64,000 bases of DNA, taken from contig QZJG01000004.1 of assembly GCA_003599275.1 (NCBI GenBank), forward strand, positions 87 to 64,086, given 5' to 3'. The translations under genes were made by a program, and so were the position numbers. The notes under the pieces are model-generated. The model was given only the letters and a program-made list of their open reading frames with translations. It was not told the DNA's origin and searched no databases. This stretch comes from Nitrospiraceae bacterium (GTDB taxonomy: Bacteria > Nitrospirota > Thermodesulfovibrionia > UBA6902). Below are positions 1 to 10,352 of the stretch, in pieces. The number at the start of each line of letters is the position of its first letter. Position 1 is the first letter of the stretch.

Positions 1-52
1 CATATCACCCATGCCGATTGTCAAGAGAAAAATGCAAGGGTGACAAATCTCT

Positions 53-1531
<1,479 letters not shown>

Positions 1532-1539
1532 TTACCGGG

Positions 1540-1571
1540 TTTGTACCCCCTCTTTGACAAAGAGGGGTACA
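1540..1571 (-). terminator. Intercistronic GC-rich hairpin between the PPIase stop and the guaB start (weak terminator or RNA-stability element)
   Basis: TTGTACCCC(C)TCTTTG a CAAAGAGGGGTACAA gives a ~12-15 bp stem with one bulged C. On the minus-strand RNA a U5 run follows only ~10 nt later, so it is not a textbook intrinsic terminator. Confidence 0.35.
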
Positions 1572-1574
1572 ACA

Positions 1575-2540
1575 CTACAATTTTATCTCTATATACGCCT
1601 TTTCTTTCAGTCCGGCCTTCCAGTCAAGATACTTCGATTCAAAGGCCCTTTCAAAAAGCACTTCCTTAATCCTGTCCTTTACCTTATCAAGCACCTCGCC
1701 TTCGACTCTGTCCTCCAGCTTTATAATATGCAGCCCGGCCGGACTCCAGAAAGGGGCGCTGACCTCGCCGGTTTTCAATGAAAAGGCAGCATGTTCAACC
1801 TCTCTCATGGCGACGCCGCGACTGATGTATCCCAGGTCCCCGCCGAACTGTCTGCTCGAATCCTCAGAAAACTCACCGGCCAGTTTTGAGAAATCCTCTC
1901 CATTTTTGATCCTCAGAATTATCTCATTGGCCCTGGCCTCTATGTCCTTTTTCTGAAAATCGTTCCTGGGCGCGGCAAAAAATATCTGTCGCAGTCTGAG
2001 CTTCTCCCTGCCGAACCTGTCTTTATTTGCATTGAAATATTCCTCGATTTCCCTGTCGGCTACGGCGATATTTGCCTTCACCTCGAAATGGACCACCTTT
2101 GACAGAAGTATCTGCTCCCCCAGCCTTGCCCTGTAGTCTTCCGGCGTCATCCCTTCCGCCTCTAAAGAATTCATCAGTGCATCATCCGAAAGATCAAATT
2201 TCTTTTTGATGTCCGCAATGGCGCCCTCTATCTCTGAGTCGCTCACGTTAAGTCCCTTCTTCCGCGCCTCCTGAAGCTGAAGCCTCATGTCAATCAGGGT
2301 GTTTAAAAAATTTCTCTCAAGCCCCTTCACCGCCGCTTCCTTATCACTTTCCGGGACCTTCTCTAAAAAACCCTTGCCATCGAGGGCGACAATGCTCCTT
2401 AGCTCGCTCCACGTTATGACCTCATCATTGACAGTCGCAACGACCCTGTCAAGCAAAACAGCCGCGCCGGCCCGTTCCGGTTCGAACATCAGGACAACCA
2501 GGGCCATCATCATAAGCGTTATGTATAAACCTTTTTTCAT
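1575..2540 (-). CDS. SurA/PpiC (parvulin)-type peptidyl-prolyl isomerase, periplasmic chaperone-like
   Basis: SurA_N-like region followed by a rotamase region (FSEDSSRQFGGDLGYISRG...GLHIIKL). ATG at 2540 gives a signal peptide (MKKGLYITLMMMALVVL). The ORF track extends to a TTG at 2579. Confidence 0.8.
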   Translation of the reverse strand: MKKGLYITLMMMALVVLMFEPERAGAAVLLDRVVATVNDEVITWSELRSIVALDGKGFLEKVPESDKEAAVKGLERNFLNTLIDMRLQLQEARKKGLNVSDSEIEGAIADIKKKFDLSDDALMNSLEAEGMTPEDYRARLGEQILLSKVVHFEVKANIAVADREIEEYFNANKDRFGREKLRLRQIFFAAPRNDFQKKDIEARANEIILRIKNGEDFSKLAGEFSEDSSRQFGGDLGYISRGVAMREVEHAAFSLKTGEVSAPFWSPAGLHIIKLEDRVEGEVLDKVKDRIKEVLFERAFESKYLDWKAGLKEKAYIEIKL

Positions 2541-2649
2541 AACAGTCAAATAGATTTTCCTTGCAGACACTGTCCTCAAGAAGCATGGTTTAAAATAAGT
2601 AAAATTATGACATGGGTTGAAGTTTTAATGCAAGCGCGGCAGAGGCATC

Positions 2650-2678
2650 TTGACAAATCAACCTGAAATCCTTATTGT
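2650..2678 (+). promoter_or_regulatory. Putative sigma70-like promoter of the regulator gene
   Basis: TTGACA (2650-2655), 17-bp spacer, TATTGT (2673-2678). The GTG start at 2688 is only 9 nt downstream, which implies a nearly leaderless transcript. Confidence 0.35.
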
Positions 2679-2687
2679 GTTCATATC

Positions 2688-3275
2688 GTGAACAAGTCCG
2701 GTGCAGGCAGACATAACGATATCTCCCTGAAAATCCTCGACGAGCTGAGCCGCGAATCCCTTGTAACACAGCGGACCCTCTCAAGCAATCTCAACATCGC
2801 GTTAGGCCTGGTCAATGCATACATCAAAAGACTGGCAAAAAAGGGTTACATAAAAATCAACAAAGGCCCCATGAACAGGGTGAAATACGCCCTTACCCGG
2901 AAAGGTTTCACGCATAGAGTCGGCCTGACTTACCATTATATGCAATCTTCAATCGACTATTTCAAAGACGCACGGCAGAGAATTGACAATCTGTACGGGC
3001 AAATGATAAAAAACGGGGTCCAAACCGTCCTGATCTGGGGTGACGGAGAAATTGCGGAATTGTCGTATATTTCCCTGCGCGGCCTGCCGTTGGCCCTTGT
3101 CGGAGTGGTTGACGGCAAAAAGGAAGAAAAAGGGTTCTTCGGTCATCATATTTATTCATATGAAGACGTTTCAGGATTGAATTATGACGCGATATTGCTT
3201 GCGTCATTTAACAATACGGCATTGCAGAAAATAAGAAGCCTCGGTGTCGAGGCCGACAAGATTTATTCGCTGTAA
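2688..3275 (+). CDS. Winged-helix (MarR-like) transcriptional regulator with a C-terminal Rossmann/CoA-binding-like domain
   Basis: The N-terminal wHTH pattern (LSRESLVTQRTLSSNLNIALGLVNAYIKRLAKKGYI) is followed by VLIWGDGEIAE...DAILLASF. It sits directly upstream of the glycan operon. Confidence 0.6.
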   Translation: MNKSGAGRHNDISLKILDELSRESLVTQRTLSSNLNIALGLVNAYIKRLAKKGYIKINKGPMNRVKYALTRKGFTHRVGLTYHYMQSSIDYFKDARQRIDNLYGQMIKNGVQTVLIWGDGEIAELSYISLRGLPLALVGVVDGKKEEKGFFGHHIYSYEDVSGLNYDAILLASFNNTALQKIRSLGVEADKIYSL

Positions 3276-3287
3276 CATCAGAGTATA

Positions 3288-3336
3288 GAGTTGAGTTAAG
3301 CATTGAGTCTTGAATTTTATTCTTAACTCATAACTC
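3288..3336. repeat. Imperfect inverted repeat after the regulator gene (terminator-like or short repeat element)
   Basis: GAGTTGAGTTAAG ... CTTAACTCATAACTC has an 8-bp perfect core (GAGTTAAG/CTTAACTC) with a ~21-nt loop. Confidence 0.3.
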
Positions 3337-3469
3337 TTGACTCCCAACTCCATAGACCGGCAGGTTGCGATAATGTGACCGACACGGCGGAGCAGTGGAA
3401 AAATCATACATTAATACGGATACGGGCTGAAAGAAAATATATTAACCGATCAATAATGGAGAACTGAAC

Positions 3470-4444
3470 ATGATAAACGGAAAGACAGTTTTGATAACCG
3501 GCGGCACCGGTTCTTTTGGAAAGAAATGCACGGAAATAATTCTAAAGGAATACAAGCCGAATAAATTGATCATCTTCAGCCGGGATGAACTGAAACAGTT
3601 TGAAATGTCGCAGGTCTTTTCAGAGAAAAAATACCCCTGCCTTCGGTACTTTCTCGGAGATGTACGAGACAAAGACAGGCTCTACAGAGCGTTTGACCGT
3701 GTAGATTATGTTATTCACGCTGCAGCCCTGAAGCAGGTCCCGGCCGCAGAGCGGAATCCTTTCGAAGTCATAAAAACAAATATTCTCGGGGCAGAGAACA
3801 TTATCAACGCGGCCATAGACAGGGAGGTGAAAAGGGTGGTTGCCCTGAGCACTGACAAGGCAGCAAACCCGATCAACCTCTACGGCGCAACTAAGCTTTG
3901 TTCCGATAAACTTTTTATTGCAGGGAACTCTTATTCGGGAGCTCACGGGACAAGGTTTTCTGTTGTCAGGTACGGAAATGTCGTGGGCAGCAGGGGGAGC
4001 GTTATCCCGTTCTTTAAAAATGTAAGAAAGACAGGGACTATGCCGATCACCGACCCTGAGATGACACGCTTCTGGATAACCCTTGAGCAGGGAGTTGATT
4101 TTGTTCTTAAATGCCTTTCAATGACTGTCGGCGGCGAACTTTTTGTCCCCAAGATACCGAGTATGAACTTAATGGATCTTGCAAAAGCGATCGCCCCTGA
4201 CTGCAAATATGAAACTGTCGGAATAAGGCCGGGTGAGAAAATACATGAGGTCATGATAACTGAAGACGATTCCAGGCATACACTGGAATTTGATGATTTC
4301 TATATCGTTGAGCCAGAGTTCGACTGGTGGTCGAGTGATCGTCATATATCAAATGGCGGGCAGCCTGTTAAAGATGGATTCAGGTACGCAAGCAATACAA
4401 ATGACAGGTGGCTCTCGGTAGACGACCTGAAAAAATTGATTTAG
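3470..4444 (+). CDS. pseB: UDP-N-acetylglucosamine 4,6-dehydratase (inverting), PseB/FlaA1
   Basis: Near-colinear with Helicobacter FlaA1: ITGGTGSFGK, SRDELKQ, HAAALKQVP, STDKAANPINLYGATKLCSDKLF, VVRYGNVVGSRGSVIPFF, IRPGEKIHE. Confidence 0.92.
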   Translation: MINGKTVLITGGTGSFGKKCTEIILKEYKPNKLIIFSRDELKQFEMSQVFSEKKYPCLRYFLGDVRDKDRLYRAFDRVDYVIHAAALKQVPAAERNPFEVIKTNILGAENIINAAIDREVKRVVALSTDKAANPINLYGATKLCSDKLFIAGNSYSGAHGTRFSVVRYGNVVGSRGSVIPFFKNVRKTGTMPITDPEMTRFWITLEQGVDFVLKCLSMTVGGELFVPKIPSMNLMDLAKAIAPDCKYETVGIRPGEKIHEVMITEDDSRHTLEFDDFYIVEPEFDWWSSDRHISNGGQPVKDGFRYASNTNDRWLSVDDLKKLI

Positions 4445-4482
4445 TATTAAAACGAAACATCTTATGCCTTAACACATAACTA

Positions 4483-5691
4483 ATGATACCTTACGGCAGA
4501 CAATGGATAGATGATGATGATATAAAGGCGGTTGTCGATGTCCTGCGCTCAAATTTCATCACTCAGGGGCCGAAAATAGATGAGTTTGAAAGGGTGCTTG
4601 CCGAAAGCTGCGGGGCAAAATACGCAGTAGCGGTAAATTCAGGCACCTCCGCGCTTCACATCGCCTGCCTTGCCGCCGGAACAGGAAAAGGAGATGACGT
4701 CATAACGTCACCCATCACTTTTATAGCTTCAGCCAACTGCGCGGCATACTGCGGTTCAAGGCCTGTTTTTGCCGATATCAATACTCGAACATACAATATA
4801 TCCGTTAGCAAGATAGAGAAGAAAATAACGGACCGCACGAAGATAATCATACCTGTGGATTTCGCAGGCCAGAGCGCTGACATGGAGCCTGTTTATATTC
4901 TGGCAAAAGAGAAGGGCAAGGAATTCAATAAGAAGATATTTGTTATCGAGGACTCATCTCAGGCGCAGGGCTCTTATTATAAAGGCAAGGCTGTAGGCTC
5001 ATGCGCGTTCTCAGATATGACGGTCATGAGCTTTCATCCTGTAAAACATATCACGACCGGCGAAGGCGGTGCTGTGCTGACGAATGATGAAGAACTGTAC
5101 TGGAAGTTGAGGAAGTTTAGAAACCACGGCATAACAAATATCCCCGGAGATTTTGTAAACAGGGAAGAGGCCTTTCAGCATGTCGAAGGGGAATTATCAG
5201 AAGCGCTTAACCCGTGGTACTACGAGCAGATAGACCTCGGATATAACTACAGGATAACAGATATACAGTGCGCACTTGGAATATCGCAGATGAAGAAACT
5301 GAACAGGTTCATAAAGCGGCGTCGCGAGATAGTCAGCATGTATAACGAATTTTTCGGCAGGATTGAAAATATTCAAACCCCTTATGAGTCTCCTGACTGT
5401 GACAGCAACTTTCATCTTTATATCCTTCTGGTTGAGTGGGCGAGGTTCGGCACGACAAGGGCGAAGTTCATGGCCGGGCTGAAGAAGAAAGGGGTGCATA
5501 CGCAGGTACACTACATACCAGTGCACACACAGCCTTTTTACAGGAAGAATTTCGGAACCGGATGGGGCGACTGCCCGAATGCTGAAGAATATTACCGAAA
5601 ATGCCTTTCAATCCCCATATACCCAGCAATGACGGACGATGATATAAAAAACGTCGCTGAAGCAATACGAGGAACTCTGAATGCCGGATAA
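4483..5691 (+). CDS. pseC: UDP-4-amino-4,6-dideoxy-N-acetyl-beta-L-altrosamine transaminase (DegT/DnrJ/EryC1 family)
   Basis: MIPYGRQWIDDDDI start, NSGTSALH, SFHPVKHITTGEGG (PLP-lysine region), and its position directly after pseB. Confidence 0.9.
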   Translation: MIPYGRQWIDDDDIKAVVDVLRSNFITQGPKIDEFERVLAESCGAKYAVAVNSGTSALHIACLAAGTGKGDDVITSPITFIASANCAAYCGSRPVFADINTRTYNISVSKIEKKITDRTKIIIPVDFAGQSADMEPVYILAKEKGKEFNKKIFVIEDSSQAQGSYYKGKAVGSCAFSDMTVMSFHPVKHITTGEGGAVLTNDEELYWKLRKFRNHGITNIPGDFVNREEAFQHVEGELSEALNPWYYEQIDLGYNYRITDIQCALGISQMKKLNRFIKRRREIVSMYNEFFGRIENIQTPYESPDCDSNFHLYILLVEWARFGTTRAKFMAGLKKKGVHTQVHYIPVHTQPFYRKNFGTGWGDCPNAEEYYRKCLSIPIYPAMTDDDIKNVAEAIRGTLNAG

Positions 5692-7201
5692 GATACTTTT
5701 GATAAGGCCGCAGAACGTTTACAACTATAACAATTATCCGCCGTTAAATCTTATCAGCATAGGCTCTGCGCTGAAGACAGCCGGATATGACGTGAAAATA
5801 ATAAATTGCGCCTTTGAGAAAAAGCCCCTGGAAGTCATCGGCAGAGAGCTGAACGGCGCATTGTTTGCGGGCATATCCCTTCTTACATCAGAGGCCCCTG
5901 ACGCCTACCGTATAATGCAATATATCAAAGAGATCTCAGATGTGCCTGTTGTTGTAGGAGGCTGGCACTGCACGTTATTTCCTGAGCAGATGGCAGGATG
6001 CGAATATGTTGACTACGTGGTTGCCGGAGAAGGAGAAGAGCATATCGTCAATGTTGCAGAGATGCTGAAGAACGGAGGAACGCGGGATAATAAAATTTAT
6101 CATAAAATAAACCTGGATCTTGATAGCCTTCCTCTGACCGCCTATGACTTAGACGAACACATAGAGCGGTCTATCGGCAATTATCTGACAGACAAGCTTT
6201 CAGAATATGTCAGCCATCCTATGAGATGGCTTCCTTATGAATCAAGCAGGGGATGCCCCTCGCTCTGCACCTTCTGCATTAATGTTGTGACAGATAACAG
6301 GCGTTACAGAAAGAAGAGCGCGGCAAAGGTTCTCTCAGAGATAGGGCATATAATAAAAAAATATAAGCTCACGCACTTGAAGATAGTAGACGACAATTTC
6401 TTTGTAGATATCAAACGCGTCAGGGAGATATGTCGGGGGATGATCGACATGGGTTTGAATATAACCTGGGACGGGGAATGCCGCTGCGATTATTTCAGGG
6501 ACGGGATGCTTGATGATGAAACACTGAAACTGTGCAGGAGATCGGGGCTTATCCAGTTGACGCTTGGGATCGAATCGGGCTCTCCCCATACTCTTGAGCT
6601 TATGAAGAAAGGCATCACGCCCGAGCAGGCGGAAAATGCCGTACGGAAGTGCGATGAACACAAGATAATAGCGAGGTCATCATTTATACTTGAGATCCCC
6701 GGGGAGTCTCTGGATGACATAAAGCAGACCATATCTTTTGTAAACAAGCTCAGGCGATATAAATATTTTACCTGCGGGGTCGGGACCTTCAGGCCTTATC
6801 CAAAGTGCGAATTGACAGAGAGGCTTTTAAAGGATGGCTATCTTACAGAGCCTTTAAATTTCAAAGAATGGACTGACAGAAATATTATTAATATGTATAC
6901 ATCAGCGGAGTACATCAGGCCCTGGCAGGTCAACGGGAAATATTCTGAAAGCGCCGCATACTATCTGAATATGGAGTCTGCCGTGAGGCTTGGAAACTTT
7001 CAGATTGACAGGAGGCTTGACAGGGTCAAGAACAGCCTCTTTATGTTTTTTGCAAAGTTGCGAAACGGGCTCATGTTTTATTCTTTCCCCTTTGACAAAA
7101 ATTTATACAAGAGATTTCTTTCAGCTTTTTACGAAAGAAGGCAGGAGCTTGAAAAGGGCGGCGCTTATCCGCTGGCTGACAGGAAAGAAGCGCGTCAGTG
7201 A
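5681..7201 (+). CDS. B12-binding domain radical SAM protein (class B)
   Basis: N-terminal cobalamin-binding-like Rossmann region (PVVVGGWHCT), then SRGCPSLCTFC (CxxxCxxC) and LGIESGS. It overlaps the pseC stop by 11 nt and the next gene by 4 nt. Confidence 0.85.
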   Translation: MPDKILLIRPQNVYNYNNYPPLNLISIGSALKTAGYDVKIINCAFEKKPLEVIGRELNGALFAGISLLTSEAPDAYRIMQYIKEISDVPVVVGGWHCTLFPEQMAGCEYVDYVVAGEGEEHIVNVAEMLKNGGTRDNKIYHKINLDLDSLPLTAYDLDEHIERSIGNYLTDKLSEYVSHPMRWLPYESSRGCPSLCTFCINVVTDNRRYRKKSAAKVLSEIGHIIKKYKLTHLKIVDDNFFVDIKRVREICRGMIDMGLNITWDGECRCDYFRDGMLDDETLKLCRRSGLIQLTLGIESGSPHTLELMKKGITPEQAENAVRKCDEHKIIARSSFILEIPGESLDDIKQTISFVNKLRRYKYFTCGVGTFRPYPKCELTERLLKDGYLTEPLNFKEWTDRNIINMYTSAEYIRPWQVNGKYSESAAYYLNMESAVRLGNFQIDRRLDRVKNSLFMFFAKLRNGLMFYSFPFDKNLYKRFLSAFYERRQELEKGGAYPLADRKEARQ

Positions 7202-8178
7202 AGATCCTCGTTGTCGGAACAGGCTCGATCGGGACAAGACATATAAAGAACCTTTATGAACTCGGACACGAGATTTTCGCAGTTGATACAAATGTAGAGA
7301 ACCTTAAGCAGGTTTTGTCACTGACGAAAAACAGCTATAATTCTCTTGAAGAAGCGCTGAAGGGCAAGCCTGACGCGGCATTCATCTGCACATATAGTAA
7401 TGACCATATGAGGCCGGCGCTAAAATGTGCTGAAGCGGGATGCCATCTTTTTATTGAAAAACCGCTTTCGACAAGCCTTGAGGGCATTCAGGAACTCCTG
7501 GATATTGCAGAGAGTAAGAAGTTGATCACAATGGTCGGCTGCAACATGCGGTTTCATCCGGCTGTGTCATATATCCATAAACAAATAAAATCCAATCGCT
7601 ACTTCACAAAACCTCTCTGGGGAAACTTTGAAACAGGCTATTTTCTGCCTTTTGATAAAGAGGACTATCAAAAGAGTTATAAGGCAAACAGGAGTATGGG
7701 CGGTAATCTGATACTTGATGCAATTCATGAGCTTGATTACGCTATATGGTTTCTCGGAGAACCGCAAGAGGTTATATGCAGCAAAGGGATCATATCTTCG
7801 TTGAAGATAGACACGGAAGACCATGTTGAGATGATTGTTAAATTCCGCTCAGGAGCCGTATGCACGATGCACATGGACTATCTGCAGCATGGCTATTCCA
7901 GGAGATGTAAAATTGTTTGCGAGGAAGGCACCGTGGTATGGGATTTTGTCGGAGGCAGCATCGGGAGCGTGACGGTCCAAGATGGGAAATGGGCATGGAA
8001 GGATATGAAGGTTGATATATCTTACAATCAGATGTATATAGATGAGGCCAGGTATTTCATGGACTGTGTTTCGGCAGGCAGGGCTACATTCAATTCAATA
8101 CGCGAGTCTATGCAGTCTTTAAAGCTCGCGCTTGCTGCTGACAGATCCAGCAGCACAAATCAGTGGGAGAAGGTCTGA
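7198..8178 (+). CDS. Gfo/Idh/MocA family NAD(P)-dependent oxidoreductase
   Basis: MKILVVGTGSIGTRH dinucleotide-binding N-terminus, EKPL motif and a C-terminal alpha/beta domain. The GTG start forms a GTGA overlap with the upstream gene. Confidence 0.85.
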   Translation: MKILVVGTGSIGTRHIKNLYELGHEIFAVDTNVENLKQVLSLTKNSYNSLEEALKGKPDAAFICTYSNDHMRPALKCAEAGCHLFIEKPLSTSLEGIQELLDIAESKKLITMVGCNMRFHPAVSYIHKQIKSNRYFTKPLWGNFETGYFLPFDKEDYQKSYKANRSMGGNLILDAIHELDYAIWFLGEPQEVICSKGIISSLKIDTEDHVEMIVKFRSGAVCTMHMDYLQHGYSRRCKIVCEEGTVVWDFVGGSIGSVTVQDGKWAWKDMKVDISYNQMYIDEARYFMDCVSAGRATFNSIRESMQSLKLALAADRSSSTNQWEKV

Positions 8179-8190
8179 AAGGGTTGTCCT

Positions 8191-9057
8191 ATGAGAAAGG
8201 TTATCGGCGTAATAACGGCAAGAATGGCTTCAACAAGGCTTCCCGGCAAGGTTATGCAGAAGATGGCAGGGAAATCCGTATTTGCTCATCATGCTGAAAG
8301 GATGATGCATGTGCGCGGGCTTGACGGCGTTTTTTTAGCGACATCGACAGATCCTTTAAATAAAACGCTACTAGAGGAGGCGGAAAACCTCGGCTGCGGC
8401 TGGTATGCAGGAGCAGAGCAGGATATCGTTGACCGCCATATCAAGCTCTGCGAAAGGGAAAAGGCTGACGCAGTTATACGGGTCACCTGTGATTCGCCGA
8501 TATTTGATATCGGGAGCGCTTCACGATTTATAGAGGAATTCAAAAAAGAATACAGGGATTATATTTATGTATCCAATATGACGATGATCCAGGGGACTCT
8601 CTCGGAGCTTATCTCTCATAATGCCCTCATGGAGGTCCACAAACATTATCGCGGCGCCGGGGTCTCGATGCATATAAAAGAGAATATGGATAAATTCAGG
8701 ACTCTGGGTATAGAGATCGATATTGATCTCTGCCGCCCGGAGTACCGCCTGACCATAGATGAATTAATAGATATAGAGATGATAAGGCATATATATGAGG
8801 CGCTCTATAGAGGACAGCCGCTCAGCCTTCATGAGGTTTACACATGGCTTGATGATAATCCGCATATCGCGAAGATGAATATGCACGTCGGGATAAAGGG
8901 GTGCGAGGTCCAGAGCGCGAATTTAACAGAGAAACCACTCTACTCAATTGTTGCATCAGGCAGCAGATATGTCATACTCGATGAACAGAAACGGCTTGTT
9001 GAGCCGGAATCTTTCTTGCAAAAGATGGCAGAGCTCTTTCCGGGTCTGAAGGCATAG
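8191..9057 (+). CDS. SpsF/acylneuraminate-cytidylyltransferase-like nucleotidyltransferase (candidate CMP-activating enzyme)
   Basis: VIGVITARMASTRLPGKV N-terminus is typical of the CMP-KDO-synthetase-like SpsF group. It lies inside the Pse operon. Confidence 0.75.
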   Translation: MRKVIGVITARMASTRLPGKVMQKMAGKSVFAHHAERMMHVRGLDGVFLATSTDPLNKTLLEEAENLGCGWYAGAEQDIVDRHIKLCEREKADAVIRVTCDSPIFDIGSASRFIEEFKKEYRDYIYVSNMTMIQGTLSELISHNALMEVHKHYRGAGVSMHIKENMDKFRTLGIEIDIDLCRPEYRLTIDELIDIEMIRHIYEALYRGQPLSLHEVYTWLDDNPHIAKMNMHVGIKGCEVQSANLTEKPLYSIVASGSRYVILDEQKRLVEPESFLQKMAELFPGLKA

Positions 9058-9062
9058 GGAAC

Positions 9063-10352
9063 ATGTCATCGCGTTATAAAAGATCAGAAGAACTGCTTGA
9101 AAAGGCATTGAAGATCATTCCCATCGGGTCTCAGACCTTCAGCAAAAGCATTACTCAATATCCTCTCGGAGTTTCTCCGCACTTTATAAAAAAAGGCAAA
9201 GGCTCTCATGTATGGGATGTTGACGGGAACGAGTATATCGATTTTGTAAATGCGCTGTGCGCCATAACTCTCGGCTATAATGACCCTGATGTCACTAATG
9301 CAGTAAAGGCTCAGCTTGAAGACGGCACTATATTCACCCTCCCGCATGAGCTGGAGATAAAGGTCTCTGAAAAGGTCATTGAGATAGTGCCGTGTGCCGA
9401 GATGGTGCGATTCGGCAAGAACGGCTCGGATGTCACTTCCGGCGCAATAAGGCTGGCACGGGCACATACAAAGAGAGACCATGTTGCTGTATGCGGTTAT
9501 CACGGCTGGCAGGACTGGTATATAGGCTCTACAAGCCGCAATCTCGGAGTACCAAAAGCGGTTTCTGATCTGACACATGTCTTTACATATAATGACTTAA
9601 ATTCTTTGCACAGGATCTTCAAGGAGTATTCCGGACAAATAGCCGCTGTTATCATGGAGCCGATGAATGTTAAAGAACCGGTAGATAATTTTCTGGCAAA
9701 AGTTAAGGAATTGACGCATGAGAACCAAGCTGTCTTTATCTTTGACGAGACGATCACCGGTTTCCGTTTTGCAGAAGGCGGCGCTCAGAAATATTTTGGA
9801 GTTATCCCTGACCTCGCAACATTCGGCAAAGGATTGGCAAACGGGTATCCTGTATCAGCAATCGCGGGTAAGGCAGAGATAATGAGGATGATGGAGGAGA
9901 TATTCTTCTCCTTTACCTTTGGCGGCGAGACCTTGTCACTTGCCGCTACGCTTGCTGCAATGACAAAACTGCAGAGAGAGCCTGTGATAAAGACGCTATG
10001 GTCTCAGGGATCAAAAGTTATCAAAGGGACAAATGCCTTGATCGAAAAATATGCGTTGGGAAATGTCTTGTCAACCGCCGGCAAGGACTGCTGGTCATTT
10101 CTGTTGTTCAAAGATACGGACGTTTATTCCCAATGGGAACTGAAGACCCTTTTTTTACAGGAAGTATTTGCCAGAGGAGTTCTGACCGTCGGGACTCATA
10201 ACATGAGCTATGCCCACACAGATGAAGATATCTCAGCACTCTTAAATTGTTACGATGAGGTTTTTGGAATACTCAAGAACGCCATAACAAATAATAGATT
10301 AAAGGAACTATTGAAGACAAAGCCATTAGTTCCTTTGTTTAAGATAAGGTGA
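9063..10352 (+). CDS. Class-III aminotransferase, glutamate-1-semialdehyde 2,1-aminomutase-like
   Basis: GSHVWDVDGNEYIDF, FDETITGFR and the FGKGLANGYP PLP-lysine region. Confidence 0.85.
   Translation: MSSRYKRSEELLEKALKIIPIGSQTFSKSITQYPLGVSPHFIKKGKGSHVWDVDGNEYIDFVNALCAITLGYNDPDVTNAVKAQLEDGTIFTLPHELEIKVSEKVIEIVPCAEMVRFGKNGSDVTSGAIRLARAHTKRDHVAVCGYHGWQDWYIGSTSRNLGVPKAVSDLTHVFTYNDLNSLHRIFKEYSGQIAAVIMEPMNVKEPVDNFLAKVKELTHENQAVFIFDETITGFRFAEGGAQKYFGVIPDLATFGKGLANGYPVSAIAGKAEIMRMMEEIFFSFTFGGETLSLAATLAAMTKLQREPVIKTLWSQGSKVIKGTNALIEKYALGNVLSTAGKDCWSFLLFKDTDVYSQWELKTLFLQEVFARGVLTVGTHNMSYAHTDEDISALLNCYDEVFGILKNAITNNRLKELLKTKPLVPLFKIR

Noticed and set aside
3204-3407. 67-aa minus-strand ORF in the regulator-pseB spacer, and similar ORFs at 36508-36732, 52982-53194, 53310-53492 and 53362-53562
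   Set aside because: They are translations of palindromic repeat elements. They occur on both strands of the same repeat and lack an RBS.
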